Shown here one piece after another: positions 1 through 12,398 of a stretch of DNA of 62,856 bases. The DNA comes from Octopus sinensis. Its lineage: Eukaryota. Numbering within the stretch: position 1 is the first letter of the stretch; each line of letters begins with the position of its first letter. The stretch is taken from positions 1-62,856 of the forward strand of contig NW_021832571.1 of the NCBI RefSeq assembly GCF_006345805.1, given 5' to 3'. The notes below the pieces were generated by a model, which saw only the letters and a list, made by a program, of their open reading frames with translations, made no database searches and was not told the DNA's origin. Both the position numbers and the translations under genes were made by a program.

Positions 1-2567
1 CCCGCATAGGTTGCATTTAATGCAGTAAATAAGGCCAGACGAGGTGCACGTAAAAGAGTGCCTAATGCGTACAGTATGCTGGTTGGAGCCGGTGACAGCG
101 GTGGTGTTGGTGATGAAGGGGCAAGTGTTGCAGCGGGATCTAGAGCAAGGGAATGATCCGTGTGGGGCTGAGGGGAAGGAGAGAGGGTGCTGTGGACCAG
201 GAGGTCACGCAGATTGCGGGCTCGTTTGAAGGAGGACAGGGGTGGGTTAGGGAAAATGGGGCGGGTGGTGGGATCAAGCTGGAGGCGACGGAAGGCACGT
301 AGTATCTTGCGACGAAGGGGTAGGGTAGAGGGGTGGAAAAGGAGGGGAGGGGGTGTGTTGGGGGTTGGGGGGGGGTGGGGGAAGGAGACATGGCGGTGTT
401 GCGGTCGATGCGACGGGCGCGGGTGAGGGCATCAGAGAGGAGTATGGGTGGGTAACCTCGGAGTCTGAACATGCGGGCCAGGTATTGAGATTGGGTCTCG
501 AAATCCTGGTCGCGGCTGCACAAACGTCGGAGCGGAGGAACTGGGAGTAGGGGATGGCTCGTTTGGTGTGGAAGGGGTGGGAGGAAGAGAAGTTGAGATA
601 GAGGTGGGAATCCGTAGGTTTAAAGAAGGCGGTGGTGGTGAGAGAGTTGGAGGGGTGATCGATGCGGAGAGAGATGTCAAGGAAGTTGACAGAGGTGTTG
701 GAGATGGTGGAGGTGAATTGAAGAGAGGGGTGAAAGTTGGAAGGAAAGAGATGAATTGGCAGAGAAGTTCACGGGAAAGGGAGGTGGCACCTACGCAGTC
801 GTCGATATAGCGACCGTATAGTTCGGGGGTCGGCCCAGAAAACTGGGAGAACACTTGGGCCTCAATGTAGCCAAGAAAGAGATTGGCGAAATTGGAGCCC
901 ATCCTAGTTCCCATCGCGACCCCGGACACCTGTTGGTACGTTTCCCCGGCGAACGTGAAGCAATTAAGGGTGAAGACGAGCTCGGCTAAACGGAGAAGGG
1001 TGGGGTCGGGACGACGGTCGAGGAAGTGTTGGAGGGCTAGGAGACCGTCATTGTGGGGAATCACTGTGTACAGGGATTTTACATCTAATGTGAAGAGGAG
1101 GTGTGAGGGGCTGGAAGGGAAGGAAAAGGAATTGAAGAGACGGAGGGCGTGGTTGGTGTCGTGTATGTGGGATGGGAGGGCTGCGACTAAGGGGGACAGG
1201 ATGCGGTCGAGGTTATAGGGAGATGAGTTCAGTGGGGCAATTACAGGCAGAGACTATGGGACGGCCGGATTAGAGGGTTTATGGATCTTGGGAAGGAAGT
1301 AGATGGTGGAGGTGCGGGGTGTGCGGACGATGAGGTTGGTGGCGGTGGGGGGGGGAGCGGAGGAGGAGATGAGGTCGCGGATGGTGGAGGACACTCGCTG
1401 TTGGTAGGAGGAGGTGGGATCGGAGGGGGGGAGGTGATAGAAGAGGGGATTTTGAAGCTGGTTGAGCGCTTCCTCCCTGTATAGGTCCGCGTGCCACACT
1501 ACCACTGCCCCGCCTTTGTCCGCCAGTTTGATGACAATGTCATTACGTCGGCGGAGGTGGTGAAGGGCAATGGATTCGGCCCGAGTGAGGTTGGCTCGGC
1601 GGGGTCTTGGTTCAAAGTTGAAACGGTGGACCAAAGCGTTGCAGTCATGTACAAACGAATCTAGGCTACTGAAAAGGCCTGGGGGCAGCGTCCAGATGGA
1701 TGGACGACGCCCCAGCTCCAAAAGGCAATCCTGATTGTTGTGACGCTGCGGGGACGCGTGGTAGTATGCGCAAAGTTTGAGGCGGCGCAGGAACAGGTTG
1801 ACGTCCGCCCGAGTCTCGAACTCATCACAGTGGCGTGAAGCGGAGACCCCTACTGAGGAGAGAGCGCTCGGCGGCGGAGAGGGGGAGGTTGGGGGGTATA
1901 GTGACAACAGCGCGAGGAAGCGGGGTGGTGGGAGGACTAGGGGCAGGCAGAGGGGGTGCAGGGGTGTGAAGGGGAGGGTAGGGGTGGTTGGGTGAAGATG
2001 GGTTAGGCGTAGGAAGGTCACGGTGGGGGGTGTGTGGGTCCGTGGAAGGGGGGGTAGGTGCGAAGGAGGGGGGAACAGTGGGGGAGGATGGGGAAGGGGG
2101 TGAGGGGTTGAGGAGGAGCTGGAGTTTTTTGTTTTTTGTGTGTGTGAGGTAGTTGTAGAGTTGGTGGTTGAGATTAAGAATGAAGCGGAGGATAGGTTGG
2201 GTGAAGAGTGGAGGGCAGAGGGCGGAGAGAAGGAGGTAGGCCTGGGGAAGTTGATGGTCGAGGGAGTCAAGGAGGGGGCGGGTGGAGCGGATGGGGCGGC
2301 GAGGAGGGAGCGGGAGGTACGAGCGAGGGTGGGTTCGATGAAGGGGGAGGAATAGGGGGTAGCGTGGAACTTCAAGAGGAAACCGCGGGGTGTGACATGA
2401 TGGCGGAGGCAACGGCTAAGAAAGGAAAGATGGCTTGAATGGCGAGTTTTCTTAAAAAGCAAGCGGGAAAGTTTTATAGCAGGTGCGGAACATTGTTGGG
2501 GGAAGAACGCGAGGTAGCGGCTAAGGAGGGATTGAAGGTGTTGGACAAACGAGTGCAAGTCAGGCAT
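1..2567 (-). pseudogene. Frameshifted PLE ORF: N-terminal domain, reverse transcriptase, Cys-rich linker, GIY-YIG endonuclease (partial)
   Basis: ORF pieces 1254..2630, 1825..2412, 432..1064 and 140..523 join only across frameshifts; likely ATG at 2567 (MPDLHSF). Confidence 0.85.
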
Positions 2568-2760
2568 GATGAGAAGTGGTGGCAAACAGGTAAAGGTGGG
2601 TGGTGGCGAAACAGGAAAAAGGAGAGACAAAAGGAAAACAACAAAAGAAGAAAAAGGGTGAAAACAATAGAAAAATGTTGAAAAAAGTCAGGAAAGAGAT
2701 TTGAGAGTCAACGGACAGATTAGGTAATGATTTTCAATCACGATAATGGCGGTACTCCGG
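1..2760 (-). mobile_element. Penelope-like retroelement (Neptune-type), decayed, 3' end truncated by the window edge
   Basis: Minus-strand frames give PLE RT motifs IVIKLADKGGAVVVW, YFLPKIHK, VAMGTRMGSNFANLFLG, YGRYIDD and RGYP. Positions 1-160 translate to GSFPCSRSRCNTCPFI...FTCTSSGLIYCIKCNLCG (Cys-rich linker plus start of GIY-YIG). GC-rich versus the surroundings. Confidence 0.92.
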
Positions 2761-2761
2761 A

Positions 2762-3335
<574 letters not shown>

Positions 3336-4167
3336 TTTACTTGATACTTTGATAGGTTTCGGCCATTGTTGGCCCAGGCCATGTCTACTTAATAGCACCA
3401 CCTGGTGAAGTCTTTCAAGTCAGAATTTGGCACTATGGCCCACTCAAGTAGAGAGTTATTGTTTAACAGAGACATATCCGGGTGTAGGGGGTTTATCCGG
3501 GATTTCTTGAAGGAATCTGTCCAAAGACTTCTTGAACCCTATAGGGTCAGTTTCTGTTTTAATGTGTTTTGGTGTAATGTTAAAGGAGCGGGGCCAATTG
3601 AGGTGAAATAATTGTGCCGTATTGTTGTTATGAGATGAGATGTGCGATTTTTGTTTTGGGCGGATGGCACGGGGCCCAAGCCTTGGATGTACCTTAAAGG
3701 TGATGCCAACATCATTTGGGCAATGCTGATGGAATATTTTCCACATCATGCAGATGATGTAGCGCTCACGACGACGTTGGAGAGAATAGAGTTTTAGCTT
3801 TTCTAGTCGACCCCAATAGTCGAGGCCTGTCATGCCATCTATCTTTTTTGTGATTGCCCTTTGAGGTGCTTCACTTTTATGATACCTTGTATTGTGTGGG
3901 GAGACCACAGTGGACACACAGTATTCAAGGTGGGGTCGGGCAAAAGTGGAGAAGAGAAGGATAATGGTGTGGATATCTCTCGACTGGAAAGTTCTGAGAA
4001 TCCAGGAACACATTCTGCGGGCCATGTCAACTTTGGTGTTTATATGAGTGGCCCAGCTTACGTTGTTGTCCACAATTACTCCCAAGTCTCTGATGTTGTT
4101 GGACGCCGCGAGAGTTTCACCTGAAGGAAGGGAGTATGGGAGTTTCAGGGCATCCTCTTTTCCAAAG
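3336..4167 (-). mobile_element. 5'-truncated non-LTR retrotransposon (APE-RT LINE) 3' fragment
   Basis: ORF 3456..4085 has [34 protein letters not shown] and [16 protein letters not shown], typical post-RT C-terminal motifs; flanked by (TA)n on both sides. Confidence 0.88.
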
Positions 4168-4381
4168 TATATATATATATGTATATATATATATATGTAT
4201 GTATGTATATATATATATGTATGTATATATATATATGTATGTATATATAATATATATGTATATATGTATATTATATGTACGTATATATATATGTACGTAT
4301 ATATATATATGTATGTATATATAATATTATTATATATATGTATTATATATATATGTATATGTATATTATATGTATATATGT

Positions 4382-4431
<50 letters not shown>

Positions 4432-4590
4432 ATGTATATATATGTTATATATATATATATATAATATTATATATATATATATATGTATAATATATGTATA
4501 TGTATATATATATATGTATATGTATATATGTATATGTATATATGTATATGTATATATGTATATGTATATATGTATATATATATGTATATG

Positions 4591-4621
<31 letters not shown>

Positions 4622-4712
4622 GATATATATATGTATATGTATATGTATATATATATTTATATGTATATATGTATATATATATATGTATATGTATATATAT
4701 GTATATATATAC

Positions 4713-4745
<33 letters not shown>

Positions 4746-4872
4746 CACATATATATGTACATATACATACATCATCATCATCATCATCATCATCAAAACG
4801 GACGCTATACGATGATGATGATGATGATGATGTATATATATTATATATATATATATGTATATAATATATATG

Positions 4873-4903
<31 letters not shown>

Positions 4904-4920
4904 GTATGTATATATATATT
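4168..4920. repeat. (TA)n/(TATG)n microsatellite with an embedded (CAT)n-(GAT)n insert
   Basis: Directly visible. Confidence 0.95.
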
Positions 4921-6106
4921 TTGATTGATTGATTGATTCTATTTTCAGCTCATGAGCTGTGGCCATGCTGGGGCGCCGCCATTTGGTGTTTGCTACATGG
5001 TTTTACTTACACGAAAGCTTTTTAGCAACTGCCATTGGTGCATGAGAGAGTTCGATTCAGCTGCCCTCATCTGCACCTCCTGCCGTGAAGTTGGTTCATC
5101 TCGGACACCCGACAGGAAGAGATCCAGTTTCATTTTAAAGACATCTGCATCCACCCCATGCAGGTCTCTCAGGTTCTTCGGGAGGATATTGAAGAGCTGT
5201 GGGCCTCGGAAGACCAGGCTATCACAGTATCTTGTCCTACATCTTGATGGCAAATTTGGAGTCCTAGGCACCACGCAGTGGCGCCCAGTTCTGGCATTTG
5301 TACAACTCTCGATGCCAAAGTTTGGGACACGTCCCTCCAGGATCTTCCAGATGTATATTATGTCATATCTTTCCCGCCTACGCTCCAAGGAATATAGTTT
5401 TAATCTCTTGAGTCTTTCCCAGTAGCTTACATTCTGCATAGAGGCTATCTTCTTCGTGTAGCTACGCTGGATCGCCTCGAGCTCTGTGATCAACTTGACA
5501 CTGGATGGTGACCATAACTGAGAGCAATAGTCAAAGTGGCTTAGGACAAGTGTCCTCCAGAGAACCATCATGGTTTCTTGTTCTCTTGTTCTAAAGGTTC
5601 TGAGAATCCATCCAGCCAGTCGTCTACATTTCATTGCCAATTTAGCAACATGTACACGAAAGGTTGCGTCATCACTCATGTAAATACCCAGGTCATGCAC
5701 TGATTGTGCCTCTGGGATTGCTATTCCTCCGGGTCCAGTGTATTCATTGGGTATTGCATTTAGTTTTGCATGCTGATAGTATAAAGCTTGAAACTTTTCA
5801 GCATTGAACTGCATGCTATTTTTCAGCCCACTTGTATATGTTGTCCAGCTCACATTGCAGGCGTTTAGTGTCCTCAGGGTTCTGTATTGCCTGTGAAACT
5901 TTTGTATCATCTGCATAACTTGTGATCGTGGCTCTCTGCATGGCTGAGGGCATGTCTGAGAGGGCCATTATGAACAGTAGTGGTCCCAAAACAGTGCCCT
6001 GCGGAACACCGCTCACTATTTGCGTGTTAATGGAAGTGGCCCCATTGGCTACTACCACCTGACTTCTATCTTTCAGAAAGTCATGAAGCCATTCTCCCAG
6101 TTTTCC

Positions 6107-6110
<4 letters not shown>
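4921..6110 (-). mobile_element. 5'-truncated APE-RT LINE with intact 3' end and (TCAA)n tail
   Basis: [20 protein letters not shown] and LKLYSLERRRERY; one frameshift near 5820; stop at 4993, then a short 3' UTR with hairpin CAGCTC-AT-GAGCTG and AATC repeats. Near-identical to 45453-46173. Confidence 0.92.
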
Positions 6111-6157
<47 letters not shown>

Positions 6158-6189
6158 GATATATATATATATGTAGATATATATACATA

Positions 6190-6525
6190 TATCATCATCA
6201 TCATCATCATTTAACGTCCGCTTTCCATGCTAGCATGGGTTGGACAGTTCAACTGGGGTCTGGAGAGCCCGAAGGCTGCACCAGGCCAGTCAGATCTGGC
6301 AGTGTTTCTACAGCTGGATTTCCTTCCTAACGCCAACCACTCCGAGAGTGTAGTGGGTGATTTTATGTGCCACCGACACAGGTGCCAGATGAGGCTGGCG
6401 AACGGCCACGCTCGGATGGTGTTTTTTATGTGCCACCGACACAGGTGCCAGACGAGGCTGGCAGACGGCCACGCTCGGATGGTGTTTTTATGTGCCACCA
6501 ACACAGGTGCCAGGCCACCGACACA
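6190..6525 (-). mobile_element. RTE-family 3' UTR fragment or RTE-tailed short element with (TGA)n tail
   Basis: Shares the ...GCATGGAAAGCGGACGTTAAATGATGATG end and internal repeated motif with the RTE copy at 7743-8960. Confidence 0.75.
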
Positions 6526-6612
6526 ATATTATGTGGATGTGTGTGTATATATATATATTATATATAACATATATGTATGTCTATGTATATATTCTGTATA
6601 TATATATATGTG

Positions 6613-6700
<88 letters not shown>

Positions 6701-6794
6701 TTGTATATATACATATGTAAATCTATCTATATTTGTATGTATATATACACACACACACACACATACATGCACACATGCATGTATATACACAATT

Positions 6795-6873
6795 AAGCAC
6801 ATAAATGCAAAGCAAGGTGGAAAAAGTAGTACTCAAATACCAAAGGTAGAGTAATATGCTTTTATAAAGCTGC
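6795..6873 (-). mobile_element. Terminal fragment of the same family as 11172-11396
   Basis: TAAGCACATAAATG...ACTCAAATA...GGTAGAGTAATA...AAAGCTGC matches 11178-11261. Confidence 0.65.
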
Positions 6874-7151
6874 CTCGGTAGGAAAGGTAGGCAGAGCTTA
6901 CCTACTTTGAATAAGATAAATTGATAGCATCATTTTCCTTTTATGGCAAAATATGTACCAATTTGAAGAAAATTATGAAGGCTCTATCAAACTCTGGGCT
7001 CTTATTATCAGCCACAAATCTGGCTACAGCCTTCTGGCTAACCAGCGCCCATTAAACCCTTGAACTTATGGCAGCATGGAAAATGGATATGAAATGATGA
7101 TGATGATAATAAATGTGTGTGTACACAAACACACACATGCAAGCATGCATG

Positions 7152-7197
<46 letters not shown>

Positions 7198-7397
7198 TAC
7201 ATATATGTATGCCTCATGTTCTCTAACCAGTAAATTCACTGCAGAAATTTATTAACTGCAGAGGTCATTCGGGCTTCAGCACGCCAAAAGAAAGACATTT
7301 GAAATATACCCTCAAATATAATAGCAGAACTTTATATACTTTCTCTTTCGGGAAGACATCTGGTGTATAGTTCTGTAAATTATGTTTTCCATGCGAC

Positions 7398-7464
7398 AAC
7401 TGCACTGAAGAACTGCAGACATTTACACTCGTAAATGTTAACAGCGAAATCTAGGCATGTAGTT
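7398..7464 (+). ncRNA. Decayed type I hammerhead ribozyme-like motif (PLE-associated type)
   Basis: Stem I AACTGCA/TGTAGTT; core CTGAAGA (7405-7411); long stem II CTG-GACATTTAC/GTAAATGTT-CAG; GAAA (7446-7449); palindromic CTAG in stem III; cleavage triplet reads GCA rather than GUH. Confidence 0.6.
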
Positions 7465-7696
7465 TATCACCAAATTTTGTATCTTTACATTTTACATTCT
7501 GGTTGAAATTTCTTGAGAACACATTCTTCAGGGTAAGATGATTTAGCATCTTCTTCTAGCATATTAGGAATCCACCTTGGGGGTTATTCCTCTTATATAT
7601 GTATGTAATATATTTCTTAGTCTTCGGATTTTTAAGTATGCTAGGCCACTGGTTTAAATTGATATTAATGTGGTGTGTATATATATATATACATAT

Positions 7697-7732
<36 letters not shown>

Positions 7733-7742
7733 AGACAGAGAC

Positions 7743-8957
7743 TTCATCATCATCATCATCGTCGTTTAACGTCCGTTCTCCATGCTAGCATGGGTTGGAC
7801 GGTTCGACCGGGGTTCTGGGAAGCCAGAAGGCTGCACCAGGCTCCAGTCTAATTTGGCGATGTTTCTACAGCTGGATGCCCTTCCTAACGCCAACCACTC
7901 CGTGAGTGTAGTGGGTGCTTTTTACGTGCCACCTGCACAGGTGCCAGGCGGGGCTGGCAACGGCCACGGTCAGATTGGTGTATTTTATGTGCCACCGGCA
8001 CGGAAGCCAGTCGAGGCGGTGCTGGCATCGGCCACGAGTCGGATAGTGCTTTTTACGTACCACCAGACCAGGGATCCTGGCTGGTTCAATTCGATTTCGA
8101 TTTCGCTTGCCCCAACATGTCTTCACAAGTAAAAGGGGGTTGGCAAGGGTGCCTGTCGTACGGTCGCATTGGAGTATTTTACGTGCCACGGCCACGAGTC
8201 GGATAGTGCTTTTTACGTACCACCAGACCAGGGATCCTGGCTGGTTCAATTCGATTTCGATTTCGCTTGCCCCAACATGTCTTCACAAGCAAAGGGGGTT
8301 GGCATGGGTGCCTGTCGTACGGTCGCATTGGAGTATTTTACGTGCCACGGCCCCGAGTCGGATAGTGCTTTTTACGTACCACCAGGCCAGGGATCCTGGC
8401 TGGTTCAATTCGGTTTCGATTTCGATTTCGCTTGCCCCAACATGTCTTCGCAAGCATGGGGGGTTGGGATGGGTGTCTGTCGTCGGATGAGGTTCTATAT
8501 CGACTTCGCTTGCCTCAACCGGTCTTTGTGTCCAAGGGAGGAAAGGCATTCATAAGTGGGCTGGGCTCACTTGTCCTGCCTGGTCTTCTCACGTACAGAA
8601 TATTTCCAAAGGTCTCGGTCTCTGGTCATTTCCTCAGTGAGGCCTAAAGTTCGAAGGTCGTGCTTCACCACCTCGTCCCAGGTTTTCCTGGGTCTACCTC
8701 TTCCACGGGTTCCCTCAACTGCTAGGGATTGGCACTTTCTCACACACCTATCTTCATCCATTCTCGCCACATGACCATACCAGCGCAATCGTCTCTCTTG
8801 CACACCACAACTGATGCTTCTTAGGTGCAACATTTCTCTCAAGGTGCTAACGCTCTGTCGAGTATGTACACTGACATTACACATCCATCGGAGCATACTG
8901 GCTTCATTCCTCACGAGCTTACGCATGTCCTCAGCAGTCACAGCCCATGTTTCGCTG

Positions 8958-8960
<3 letters not shown>
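7743..8960 (-). mobile_element. 5'-truncated RTE-clade LINE with repeat-rich 3' UTR and (TGA)n tail
   Basis: ORF 8567..9001 has LRWYGHVARM and GRGRPRKTWDEVVKHDL (RTE C-terminus). Target-site duplication (TA)nTAAGACAGAGAC at 7731-7742 and 8988-8999. Confidence 0.9.
8030..8470. repeat. About 160-bp tandem repeat (~2.8 copies) inside the RTE 3' UTR
   Basis: GCCACGAGTCGGATAGTG recurs at 8031, 8191 and (variant) 8350. Confidence 0.9.
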
Positions 8961-8991
<31 letters not shown>

Positions 8992-9299
8992 ACAGAGACA
9001 AACAAAGTGTATTAGTTTGATGCTCAAGAAAAATGGAAGAAATTTTTGATATTTCAAACCTCCACTCTTTTGCAGAAAGGAATAATGAAAGAAAACAGTG
9101 GAGAGAGGAGAAAATGTTTCTGGATTAATGGTTTCACTATATATATATATATATATATACACACAAGCAAAACGCCCCCCCCCCTTCAAATGGACAGTGC
9201 TGAATTGTCAAACATTTAAACCAAATTTTCTCAAAACAACTTGTCCGACCATCCCATAGTCCTCTCCTCTGAGAAACTCTGATTTAATCTAAATTTGAG

Positions 9300-10156
9300 A
9301 CATCAGCAAAAGAAGAAATAAAGATAGACTTTTTTTCTATTCCAAAGAAAAACGATTTTATTCACACAAATATGCAACCGGAGAGTTTAAAGTACCAGTA
9401 ATGATAAGGCTGTTGACTGGGAGAACACAAACATGGCTTAAGCAGTAAGCTTGGCACATTCCCATGGCTTTATTTATCGCATTCTCACCTGGAATTGATT
9501 TTTGTAATTTTTTCAAGACTTATAACACGCCCTGATACCGTCGGTGTCTACATATCAACTTTGAGTGCAATCGAATGGAGGATGCCTGAGATCCTTGAAG
9601 ACACACACAGACAGACAGACAGAATGAATTTTATATGATAGACTAGCAGTATCGCTCGGCGTTGCTCGGGTTTGTAAGGGAAATAACTATATAAGCATTT
9701 TTAGAGAGTTACTTCCCTTATAGATGCCAATTCGGGCTTTCTTAGCCATTTCTGTTTTGGTGTCTTCAAGCCATGAAGTCGTTGTTCTAAAAGAACGCTG
9801 GTCTCCTTGACAATGCTTTACGACGTTGATTTCCTTACACTCCCTTCCTCACAGCTTCATGAGGGAGGGAAGAAGAGGGAGAATCAAACAGGTGCAGATG
9901 TGAGTGTGGACGCCAACTCCGCCGCCATCGACACACAAAAAATTATGCATTAAAATGGAATAAAAAATGTTGTTAAATTATTTTTAAAATCGTAGACTCT
10001 TCGTAGACGCGCGCTAATACCCAGACGGGCTCGATATTAATCACTACTATAAGATACCCGAATTTGGTTAAACTGCACCGCAAAATGTGGGAGTAGTTAG
10101 GAATCTAAATCGAAGGGGACAGACACTCACACAACTACAGTTTTATATATATAGAT
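9300..10156 (+). mobile_element. Two head-to-tail non-autonomous Helitron/Helentron-like (Lep1/DINE-like) elements
   Basis: ACTAGCAGTATCGCTCGGCGTTGCTCGGG 5' motif at 9642; both units end in a GACA/CA microsatellite followed by TTTTATAT..AGA (about 9640 and 10156). Left boundary uncertain. Confidence 0.5.
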
Positions 10157-10184
10157 ATGTATATAATATGCGCACACACATGCA

Positions 10185-10350
10185 GACAGGCTTCTTTCAG
10201 TTTCCATCTACTGAATCCACTGACACAGCTTTGGTTGGCTCAGTGGTATTGTAGAAGAGACTTGCTCAAGGTGCTGCACAGTGGGACTGACCCGAAGATT
10301 ACATGGTTGGGAAGCAAGCTTCTTACTTGCACTGCCATACCTGCACCTGT
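10185..10350 (-). mobile_element. tRNA-derived SINE (head portion)
   Basis: Reverse complement has A/B-box-like head and ...GCACCTTGAGCAAGTCTCTTCTAC... core, shared with 14090-14252 and 36155-36540. Confidence 0.75.
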
Positions 10351-10537
10351 TAGTAGTAGTAGTAGTAATATGTTTGCAGAGGCTGTGAGCATGAAGGTGT
10401 CTTTCTTTAGTATCATTAATTTGTTAAGATACCGAGTTACATGCGATGTCACTAACAAAGATGCTTTAAACCATTGCTTGACTTCCATTATGATGACTGT
10501 ATTGTTTCCTTTTCTCTCCCTTTTTTTGTTTTTCTAG

Positions 10538-10627
10538 ACTATGATGAAATACGAAATGAAAAGTATGCAAAACAAATATTTAGAAGAAAGGGAAAAAGCC
10601 TTGCAAGAAGAGAAAGAATCCAGAGAG
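10538..10627 (+). CDS. CCDC91: Coiled-coil domain-containing protein 91 homolog, internal exon (TMMKYEMKSMQNKYLEEREKALQEEKESRE)
   Basis: Long polypyrimidine tract + TAG acceptor, 90 nt open phase-0 exon of E/K-rich coiled-coil character, GAG|GTGATT donor; in frame with the next exon. Confidence 0.7.
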
Positions 10628-11171
10628 GTGATTAATTTTTGATGTAACAAGGCTCAGTTCCTTGAAAGAAAACATTTTAGTGAGGTGCCCATAACAGTCT
10701 GGTGTAAAGTAGGGGTCAGATTGAGTATATATACTGTGATACATAAATTACAGACAGTTAGGGGTTTGTTTGTCTTAAGGTAAGGTCTAAAGATTGAATG
10801 GAAGTAGTGAATGGAGAGCTTTCGGAAGATAAAGTACAAATTCAATAAACATTCTGTTACATCTTCAGATCATCATTAAGATAAGCGAGAGGAAGAATTT
10901 CTGTGGAAGAGTTTCCCCACTTTTGATCTCGGAGCTGCTGAAAGGATCACTTTGCAATAACCAGATTTCCAGTGTTTCTAATTCTAGCAATAAATAAATG
11001 GGCTGATATAGTTGCATTATCTGCTAATTAGTTAACTATTAACATCATCTCTTTCTTAACGAACAGAATGAAGCTTTTTGCTGACTATATAAGACTTAAT
11101 CATAGTTTATAAATCTAGCAAATCGTATGTGTATGTGAGCATACACACACACACACACACATATATATATA

Positions 11172-11396
11172 CCAGAGTAAGCACATAAATGTGAAACTAG
11201 GTGGGAAAAAATAGCACTCAAATAGTAGAGGTAGAGTAATATACTTTATTAGTAAAGCTGCAAAAACATCTCAGAGTTTCATGTTCCCGTTTGTCAGTTA
11301 AGATCCAGTCTGGATCACAATTGCCTGATGAACAGAAACATGAAGCTATGAGTAGCAGTTTCTTTGTGATATTTTTGCAGCTTTAATAATAAAGTA
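11172..11396. mobile_element. Foldback non-autonomous element with hammerhead-like cores in both arms (PLE pLTR-like)
   Basis: Arms 11242-11297 and 11325-11396 are reverse complements around the palindrome GATCCAG-T-CTGGATC; the minus arm has a ~70-nt extra tail (11172-11241). + arm reads AATTGC-CTGATGA-ACAGAAACAT-GAAGC-TATGA-GTA-GCAGTT. Confidence 0.6.
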
Positions 11397-12398
11397 CACA
11401 CACACACAAGGTAAATAGGGTTAAACTCTTGAGTTGTGTCCTCTTGAAGCACATTTACTTCTTCCAGTTTTCCAATACATATATAGTTGTAATATTTGTG
11501 TGAGGTATGCATAAGAGTTGAAAATACTGGAAAACTATTTCCTGACAAGTAATAATATCGAAATAGGAGATTGGAAAATTTATTGGCATTATTCATTCAC
11601 CACCTCACATGTTTCATTTGCTAATAGGAGTTAGAAAATTGTACATGTAGCAGAAAACATGTAAGATATCTCCAAGTAGAAGTTCTTCAGACAGAAACTC
11701 AAATAGATTAATCTCTTGTAGGAGATATCTTACATGTCCACTCCTGCGTTTACAGTTTGTAATTCCTTTTAGCAAGTGAAACATGTAATGATGAATAAAC
11801 AATACCAAAAAATTTTTTAGCCTCCCGTTTGCATATACATACATACACACACACATACACAAACATACATATACACACACATACATGCATAAGAGAGGAA
11901 TAGGTAGGTGTTTATTTATTAACTGGTGAAAGGACCCATTGCAGATCTAAAGTCAGATATTTTTGAAATTTTGCTTGTAGCTGGCCAGCTGCGATGGTAA
12001 AGGATTGTTGTTATCCAAACCACAAACAGTTTAATATTTTAAATTTAAATTACCATTCTATGGTCATAAACCATTTTTCTTGCATAGGCGAGGAATCTCT
12101 ATGAAAATATATATCTGTTAGAGAAATAATAGTCTGTATTAGGTATGAGTCACAATTTTATTTGATGGTAAAATTTGGTCAAATTCCATATCCACGTCAT
12201 TGAAGGTCATATGTACCCCTGTGTTCTGTGATCTTTATTGCAGCCTCATTGAAACTCTTCAAGATACTTTATACCATCATTGTATCTACTTGTGTTGCGG
12301 GTGATTTATGACGGCTTACTAGATAAAGGGTCAGCAAGCTGTTTATTAGCTGGACCCAGTTTCCAACACATTTGATTTTAATTGTCTCTGTATAAATC

